From an uncultured Actinomycetota bacterium (GTDB lineage Bacteria; Actinomycetota; Actinomycetes; JAHEKZ01), in contig CAVURN010000005.1 of the NCBI GenBank assembly GCA_963743915.1, positions 416,001 through 480,000 of the forward strand: a stretch of 64,000 nucleotides of DNA, read 5' to 3'. Below are positions 58,585-64,000 of the stretch, in pieces. The notes beneath the pieces are model-generated. The model did not search any database. It had not been told where the DNA came from and saw only the letters and a program-made list of their open reading frames with translations. Every line of letters begins with the position of its first letter. Within the stretch, counting starts at the first letter, position 1. The position numbers and the translations under genes are program-made.

Positions 58585-58657
58585 CGGGTCATCCTCCCCG
58601 CACGGTGCCGCGGTGCTTCGTCAGGGTCGTGGCACGGAGGAGCAGGCCCGGGAGTGT

Positions 58658-59587
58658 TCACGGGAGGGCGTCGGCATTGCCACCGCAGACGACCACGCCC
58701 ACCCGCGCGTCGGGCGGCGGCGTCCAGGCACCGCTGAGGAGCGCGGCGAGCGCCGTCGCACCGCCCGGCTCGGCCAGCACGCGCACCTCGTCCCACAGCC
58801 ACCGCTGCGCGACGACGATGTCGGCATCCGGGACGAGCGTGGTCGGCCCTACAGCCCCGGAGAGGACGCTCCAGGGAAGGACGCCCAAGGAGGGAGCACC
58901 GAGCGACGTGCGCGCGATGCCGGTGGCCGGGCTCGGCACCGGTCCGCCAGACGCCTGGGCCATGGCCAATGTCGGGCAGCCTTCGGGCTCGACCGGGACA
59001 ACGGTGGACGTCCCCTCCACCGCCACCACGATCCCCGCCGGCAGCCCCCCGCCGCCGACCGCGACCATCCAGTGCGTGACGTGGGCGGCCTGCTCGGCCA
59101 GCTCGAGTCCGAGCGTCCCCTGTCCCGCCACGGTGGGGGCCTGGTCGTAGGGATGGATCAGCGGATGACCCCGTTGGGCGACCATCTCGTCGGCGTACGC
59201 GAACGCCTCGCCGGGGGTGTCCCCGTGCTCGACGATCTCGGCGCCGAGCCGCCGCATCGCGTCCACCTTCGTGCGGGCAGCCGACGACGGCACGACGACC
59301 GTCGCGTGCCGACCGAGTCGGGCGGCCGCCCACGCGACCGCGAGCCCGTGGTTGCCGCCCGAGCAGGCGATGACCGCGGCGTCGTCGGCCAGCAGCAGCG
59401 AGTTCAGGGCTCCGCGCGGTTTGAACGACCCGGTCACCTGCAGCGACTCGAGCTTGAGAGTGACCGGCTGAGGACCGGACGGCGCGGGGACCTCGACGTC
59501 GATGCACGGGGTGCGACGCAGCAGCGGCTGGACGCGGCCCGCCGCGGCCGCGACGTCGGATCGGTTCAGGGACGGTGAGGACACCAC
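58658..59587 (-). CDS. PLP-dependent serine/threonine dehydratase family protein
   Basis: KLESLQVTGSFKPRG, SGGNHG, HPYD, VGGGGL, AEPGGA, CGGN. Confidence 0.9.
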   Translation of the reverse strand: MVSSPSLNRSDVAAAAGRVQPLLRRTPCIDVEVPAPSGPQPVTLKLESLQVTGSFKPRGALNSLLLADDAAVIACSGGNHGLAVAWAAARLGRHATVVVPSSAARTKVDAMRRLGAEIVEHGDTPGEAFAYADEMVAQRGHPLIHPYDQAPTVAGQGTLGLELAEQAAHVTHWMVAVGGGGLPAGIVVAVEGTSTVVPVEPEGCPTLAMAQASGGPVPSPATGIARTSLGAPSLGVLPWSVLSGAVGPTTLVPDADIVVAQRWLWDEVRVLAEPGGATALAALLSGAWTPPPDARVGVVVCGGNADALP

Positions 59588-59610
59588 CGCATCGTGACAG
59601 GCTTGCCTCC

Positions 59611-60201
59611 ATGGCTGCGAACCAGGAGAAGGACGTCCTGCACCGGTATCTCGTCGTGGGTCGTGAGGCGCTGCTCTGGAAGCTCGAGGGGCTCTCGGAG
59701 TACGACGTGCGGCGTCCGCTGGTGCCCACCGGCACGAACCTGCTGGGGCTCGTCAAGCATGTGGCGAGCGTCGCGGCGGACTACTTCGGCGACGTCTTCG
59801 GGCGTCCGTTCCCGGATCCGCTGCCGTGGTTCGCGCCCGACGCCGAGCCGAACGCGGACCTGTGGGCGACAGCCGACGAGTCCCGGGCCGACATCCTGCG
59901 GCTCTGGGACCGGGCGTGGTCGCACGCCGACGCCACGATCGAGGCGCTCCCCCTCGACGCCACCGGGGTGGTGCCGTGGTGGTCGGAGGAGTCCCGCACC
60001 GTGACACTGCACCGGATCCTCATCCACATGGCGACCGAGACGCATCGCCACGCAGGTCACGCCGACATCGTGCGTGAGCTGATCGACGGCGCCGCGGGCC
60101 TCCGTGCTGCGCACAGCAACCTGCCTGAGGTGGATGCCGCCTGGTGGACCGCCTACCGGGCCCGCCTCGAGAAGGTCGCGCAGGAGGCGTCCTCCGCCTA
60201 G
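59611..60201 (+). CDS. DinB/DUF664 family (mycothiol transferase-like) protein
   Basis: NLLGLVKHVA, HMATETHRHAGHADIVRELIDG. Confidence 0.87.
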   Translation: MAANQEKDVLHRYLVVGREALLWKLEGLSEYDVRRPLVPTGTNLLGLVKHVASVAADYFGDVFGRPFPDPLPWFAPDAEPNADLWATADESRADILRLWDRAWSHADATIEALPLDATGVVPWWSEESRTVTLHRILIHMATETHRHAGHADIVRELIDGAAGLRAAHSNLPEVDAAWWTAYRARLEKVAQEASSA

Positions 60202-60258
60202 CGGAACCGGTGTCGCGCGGTCCGCGTCCGACCCTCGACGTCGGATCGGAGGCTGGAC

Positions 60259-60792
60259 GTGTCGCTCTCCCGAACCTCACGGGCGCGAACCTCAGGGCGC
60301 TGCGTCGCGGCGAGCGTGCTGATGGCTGTCGCTGTCCTCACCGGGTGCGGTGAGTCCGCAGGACCCGAGGGGACTACAGCGCCGTCACCGTCCGACATCG
60401 CGCCGAAGGCTCCGAGCGGTCTGGATCGCGAAGGGGTCGCGGCGTGGGACCTGTGGCAGGAGCAGGCGCTGGACTCGTACACCTACACGCTCACCGTCGG
60501 GTGCTTCTGCCCCGCGCTTCTGGGCGTCGAGGTGGTGGTCCGCGACGGAGAGGTGGTGCGGCTCGACGGCAAGCCGTACGACCCGGCAACCACGGTCCCA
60601 GGCTTCGACGGACAGCCCCCTACCGTCGACCACCTGTTCGAGGTGCTCGCGCAGGACCAGCAGAGCGCCGACCAGGTGGCCGCCCGCTACGACGAGCTGA
60701 CCGGTGTCCCGATCTCGATCGAGGTGGACCACATGGCCGACGCCATCGACGACGAGATCAGCTACCGCGTCGAACGGCTCCAGCCACTCTGA
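60259..60792 (+). CDS. DUF6174-like lipoprotein
   Basis: Lipobox LTGC; W....LDSYTY....CFC, TVDHLF, YDE.TG.P, DDEISY. Confidence 0.7.
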   Translation: MSLSRTSRARTSGRCVAASVLMAVAVLTGCGESAGPEGTTAPSPSDIAPKAPSGLDREGVAAWDLWQEQALDSYTYTLTVGCFCPALLGVEVVVRDGEVVRLDGKPYDPATTVPGFDGQPPTVDHLFEVLAQDQQSADQVAARYDELTGVPISIEVDHMADAIDDEISYRVERLQPL

Positions 60793-60814
60793 CCGACGCC
60801 GTCGCTCATCGGTG

Positions 60815-61471
60815 TCAGGGAGAGAGACGCTCGATCGTCCACGCGCCGCCGGTCCGGCGGTAGCGCACACGGTCGTGCAGCCGATTGGGGCGTCCCTGCC
60901 AGAACTCCACCTCGTCCGGCACGAGCCGGTAGCCGCCCCAGAAGTCGGGAACCGGCACCTCGACGTCCGGCGGGTACTGCTCGGTCAGCTCGGAGTAGCG
61001 GTCGGTCAGCACCTGACGCGACTCGATCACCGAGCTCTGGTGCGAGGTCCACGCCCCGAGCTGGCTGCCGTGCGGCCGGGAGCGGAAGTACGCCGTGGAC
61101 TCCTCCCGGCTCACCGGGCTCACCGCCCCGGTGACGACCACCTGACGCTCGAGCTCGAGCCAGGCGAAGCACATCGAGGCCTGAGGGTTGGCCTCCAGGT
61201 GCTGCCCCTTGATCGAGCGGTAGTTGGTGAAGAAGGTGAACCCTTCGGCGTCCGCGGCCTTGATCAGCAGCGTGCGCGCCCGGGGGCGGCCACCGGAGTC
61301 CGCGGTGGCGAGGATCATCGCGTTCGGCTCGATCAGCTCGGCGGCGACGGCGTCCGCCAGCCAGCGGGAGAACTGCGCCACCGGATCGGGATCCACGTCG
61401 TCGACGTCGAGACCGGCGAGCTCGTAGCTGCGGCGCAGGGCGGCGAGGGCCGTGGGATCCATGCCGCTCAT
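60815..61471 (-). CDS. pdxH: Pyridoxamine 5'-phosphate oxidase
   Basis: [53 protein letters not shown]. Confidence 0.95.
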   Translation of the reverse strand: MSGMDPTALAALRRSYELAGLDVDDVDPDPVAQFSRWLADAVAAELIEPNAMILATADSGGRPRARTLLIKAADAEGFTFFTNYRSIKGQHLEANPQASMCFAWLELERQVVVTGAVSPVSREESTAYFRSRPHGSQLGAWTSHQSSVIESRQVLTDRYSELTEQYPPDVEVPVPDFWGGYRLVPDEVEFWQGRPNRLHDRVRYRRTGGAWTIERLSP

Positions 61472-61639
61472 TCTGGTCGCACCCCCCGGGCGGGTCATCC
61501 GGGCGGGTCCGCCGGGGCCGGTCCGCTGGTCCTGTCCTCCGGGCCGGTGATCAGGGCGTCCGAGTGGGTCGGGTTAGATGTCGGGTGGAGCAGCGACCCT
61601 GCCCACCCCAGGTTCCCCACGCGTCGAGGAGTGCCCACC

Positions 61640-62761
61640 ATGGCGGACTCGGACTTCGTACCCGGCCTCGAGGGCGTCATCGCCTTCGAGACAGAGATCG
61701 CTGAGCCGGACAAGGAAGGCAGCGCCCTGCGCTACCGAGGCGTGGACATCGAGGACCTGGTCGGACGGGTCTCGTTCGGCAACGTCTGGGGCCTGCTCGT
61801 CGACAACGAGTTCAACCCCGGCCTCCCACCCGCCGAGCCGTTCCCGCTCCCCGTGCACTCCGGTGACGTGCGGGTCGACGTGCAGAGCGCACTGGCGATG
61901 CTCTCACCGTCGTGGGGCCTCCGCCCGCTGCTGGACGTCGACCACGACCAGGCGCGGGACGACCTCGCCAGGGCCAGCGTCATGGCGATGTCCTACGTCG
62001 CCCAGTCGGCCCGCGGCCTCGGCCTGCCGATGGTGCCGCAGAGCGAGATCGACAAGGCCTCGACCGTGGTCGAGCGCTTCATGATCCGCTGGCGCGGCGA
62101 GCCCGATCCTCTGCACGTGAAGGCCGTGGACGCCTACTTCGTCTCGGCCGCCGAGCACGGCATGAACGCGTCCACCTTCACCGCGCGGGTCATCGCGTCG
62201 ACCGGCGCGGACGTCGCGGCGGCGCTGTCCGGTGCGGTCGGCGCGATGTCCGGCCCGCTGCACGGTGGCGCGCCTTCGCGCGTCCTGCACATGCTCGAGG
62301 AGGTCGAGCGGACCGGCGACGCCGAGGGCTTCGTGCGTCACATCCTGGACACCAAGCAGCGGCTCATGGGCTTCGGGCACCGCGTGTACCGCGCGGAGGA
62401 CCCCCGCGCCCGCGTGCTCCGTCGCACCGCTCGCGACCTCGGAGCTCCGCGCTACGAGGTGGCGGAGGAGCTCGAGCGCGCCGCGCTGAAGATCCTCGCC
62501 GAACGCAAGCCGGACCGGGTGATCGCGACCAACGTCGAGTTCTGGTCCGCCGTCGTCCTCGACTTCGCCGAGGTCCCCGCGCACATGTTCACGCCGATGT
62601 TCACCTGTGCGCGCACGGCAGGCTGGAGCGCGCACATCCTCGAGCAGCGCATGACCGGCCGGCTCATCCGACCGTCGGCCCGCTACGTGGGCCCCGCACC
62701 CCGCAAGCCCGAGGACGTCGAGGGCTGGGACCGCGAGGTCAAGCCCTCCTACGCCATCTGA
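61640..62761 (+). CDS. citA: Citrate synthase 2
   Basis: [43 protein letters not shown]. Confidence 0.93.
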   Translation: MADSDFVPGLEGVIAFETEIAEPDKEGSALRYRGVDIEDLVGRVSFGNVWGLLVDNEFNPGLPPAEPFPLPVHSGDVRVDVQSALAMLSPSWGLRPLLDVDHDQARDDLARASVMAMSYVAQSARGLGLPMVPQSEIDKASTVVERFMIRWRGEPDPLHVKAVDAYFVSAAEHGMNASTFTARVIASTGADVAAALSGAVGAMSGPLHGGAPSRVLHMLEEVERTGDAEGFVRHILDTKQRLMGFGHRVYRAEDPRARVLRRTARDLGAPRYEVAEELERAALKILAERKPDRVIATNVEFWSAVVLDFAEVPAHMFTPMFTCARTAGWSAHILEQRMTGRLIRPSARYVGPAPRKPEDVEGWDREVKPSYAI

Positions 62762-62855
62762 CCCACCGTTCGCTCGGCGTCGAGGCATTTCACGCTGCGG
62801 AAATCTCGGCGGCCCGCCGGGTGCTGGGTTGCCCGCGCCTCCTAGGCTGAGGGTC

Positions 62856-63974
62856 ATGGCGAATGTGACGATCCCCGAGAACCTCAAGCCGGCCGACGGA
62901 CGCTTCGGTGCCGGACCCAGCAAGGTCCGCAAGGAGCAGGTGGACGCCGTCGCCGCGCGGTGGCAGAGCCACCTCGGCACGTCGCACCGACAGGCGACCA
63001 TCAAGGACGAGGTCGGCCGGCTGCGGAGCGGGCTACGTCAGCTCTTCGCGCTCCCGGACGGCTACGAGGTCGTCCTCGGCAACGGCGGCGCCACCGCGTT
63101 CTGGGAGGTCGCGGCCTTCGGTCTCGTCCAGCAGAAGAGCCAGCACCTGTCGTTCGGCGAGTTCGGGTCGAAGTTCGTCACCTCGGTGAAGATGGCGCCG
63201 CACCTGGACGCGCCGACCGTCATCACCAGCGACCCCGGGGACGCGCCGAGCTTCCTGCCCGAGCCGGACATCGACGTGTACGCGTCGCCGCACAACGAGA
63301 CGTCCACCGGGGTCTCGGTCGACGTCAGGCGCGTCGACGGCACCGGCGAGGCACTCATGGTGTGGGACGCCACCTCCGGTGCCGGTGGCCTGCCGGTGCA
63401 GGCCACCGAGTTCGACGTCTACTACTTCGCGCCGCAGAAGGCCTTCGGCTCCGAGGGTGGTCTCTGGATCGCGCTGATGTCGCCTGCCGCGCTGCAGCGG
63501 GCGTCGCAGATCAAGGAGAGCGGCCGCTACATCCCGCCGTTCCTCGACCTGCAGACCGCGATCGACAACTCGGTCAAGGACCAGACGTACAACACCCCGT
63601 CGTTGTCGACCATCCTGATGATGGCCGAGCAGGTCGACTGGTTCAACGCCAACGGTGGCCTCGACTTCGCCGTCGGACGTTCCTCTGCGTCAGCGGAGAT
63701 CCTCTACGGCTGGGCCGACAAGGTCGACTACGCGACGCCGTTCGTCGTCGACACCGACAAGCGCTCCAACGTCGTCGGCTGCATCGACTTCGTGGAGTCG
63801 GTGGACGCAGCCGAGATCGCCAAGGTGCTGCGGGCCAACGGGATCGTCGACACCGAGCCGTACCGCAAGCTCGGCCGCAACCAGCTGCGCATCGCGATGT
63901 TCCCCGGGATCGACCCCGCGGACGTCGAGGCGCTCACCGGCTGCATCGACTACGTGGTCGGCGAGCTCTCGTAA
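62856..63974 (+). CDS. serC: Phosphoserine aminotransferase (actinobacterial type)
   Basis: DGRFGAGPSKVR, GTSHRQ, HNETSTG, DATSG, YFAPQK, QTYNTP, EPYRKLGRNQLR; TAGGCT -10 box 7 nt upstream. Confidence 0.95.
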   Translation: MANVTIPENLKPADGRFGAGPSKVRKEQVDAVAARWQSHLGTSHRQATIKDEVGRLRSGLRQLFALPDGYEVVLGNGGATAFWEVAAFGLVQQKSQHLSFGEFGSKFVTSVKMAPHLDAPTVITSDPGDAPSFLPEPDIDVYASPHNETSTGVSVDVRRVDGTGEALMVWDATSGAGGLPVQATEFDVYYFAPQKAFGSEGGLWIALMSPAALQRASQIKESGRYIPPFLDLQTAIDNSVKDQTYNTPSLSTILMMAEQVDWFNANGGLDFAVGRSSASAEILYGWADKVDYATPFVVDTDKRSNVVGCIDFVESVDAAEIAKVLRANGIVDTEPYRKLGRNQLRIAMFPGIDPADVEALTGCIDYVVGELS

Positions 63975-64000
63975 CGGAAGCTCGGGCTAGTCGCCGGACG

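Noticed and set aside
60704-61639. Apparent 312-aa N-terminal extension of citrate synthase
   Set aside because: It is largely the antisense of pdxH; the true start is ATG 61640 with a GAGGAG RBS.

Overview
This is a high-GC actinobacterial chromosome segment, judged from leaderless TANNNT promoters, an actinobacterial LexA box, IdeR and mycothiol-type enzymes. Many genes carry single-base frameshifts, most likely long-read consensus errors. From left to right it contains: (1) 1-6 kb, a molybdo-hydroxylase maturation cluster (MocA-like, CoxD-like, CoxE-like) with an 822-aa GcvT-family amine oxidase/dehydrogenase and WrbA; (2) tRNA-Arg(CCT) followed immediately by a same-orientation stack of two different IS481-family elements plus a third orphan left end, each preceded by a 14-16 bp copy of the tRNA 3' end; (3) 9.8-20.5 kb, accessory secreted and membrane proteins (duplicated RTX-like genes, ClC channel, multicopper oxidase, EEP lipoprotein, CBM-GH26-like hydrolase); (4) 20.8-29.4 kb, a sulfur cluster with DsrE2-TusA-FeS/NrfD fusion-TAT-less molybdopterin oxidoreductase, a divergent rhodanese-persulfide dioxygenase, SulP and ArsR, with a motif shared by both promoter regions; (5) Rieske/C45/MFS/FNT and metabolic genes; (6) 40.5-43.9 kb, a second, CstR-type persulfide detoxification operon with two visible operators; (7) housekeeping-type genes (ideR, photolyase, DUF222-HNH with an SOS box, ParA+RHH, YbdK, MocR, pdxH, citrate synthase, serC). 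The best candidates for something new are the tRNA-anchored IS481 stack and the cytoplasm-facing sulfur molybdoenzyme cluster. All assignments come from motif reading and recalled family knowledge; no database searches were run.
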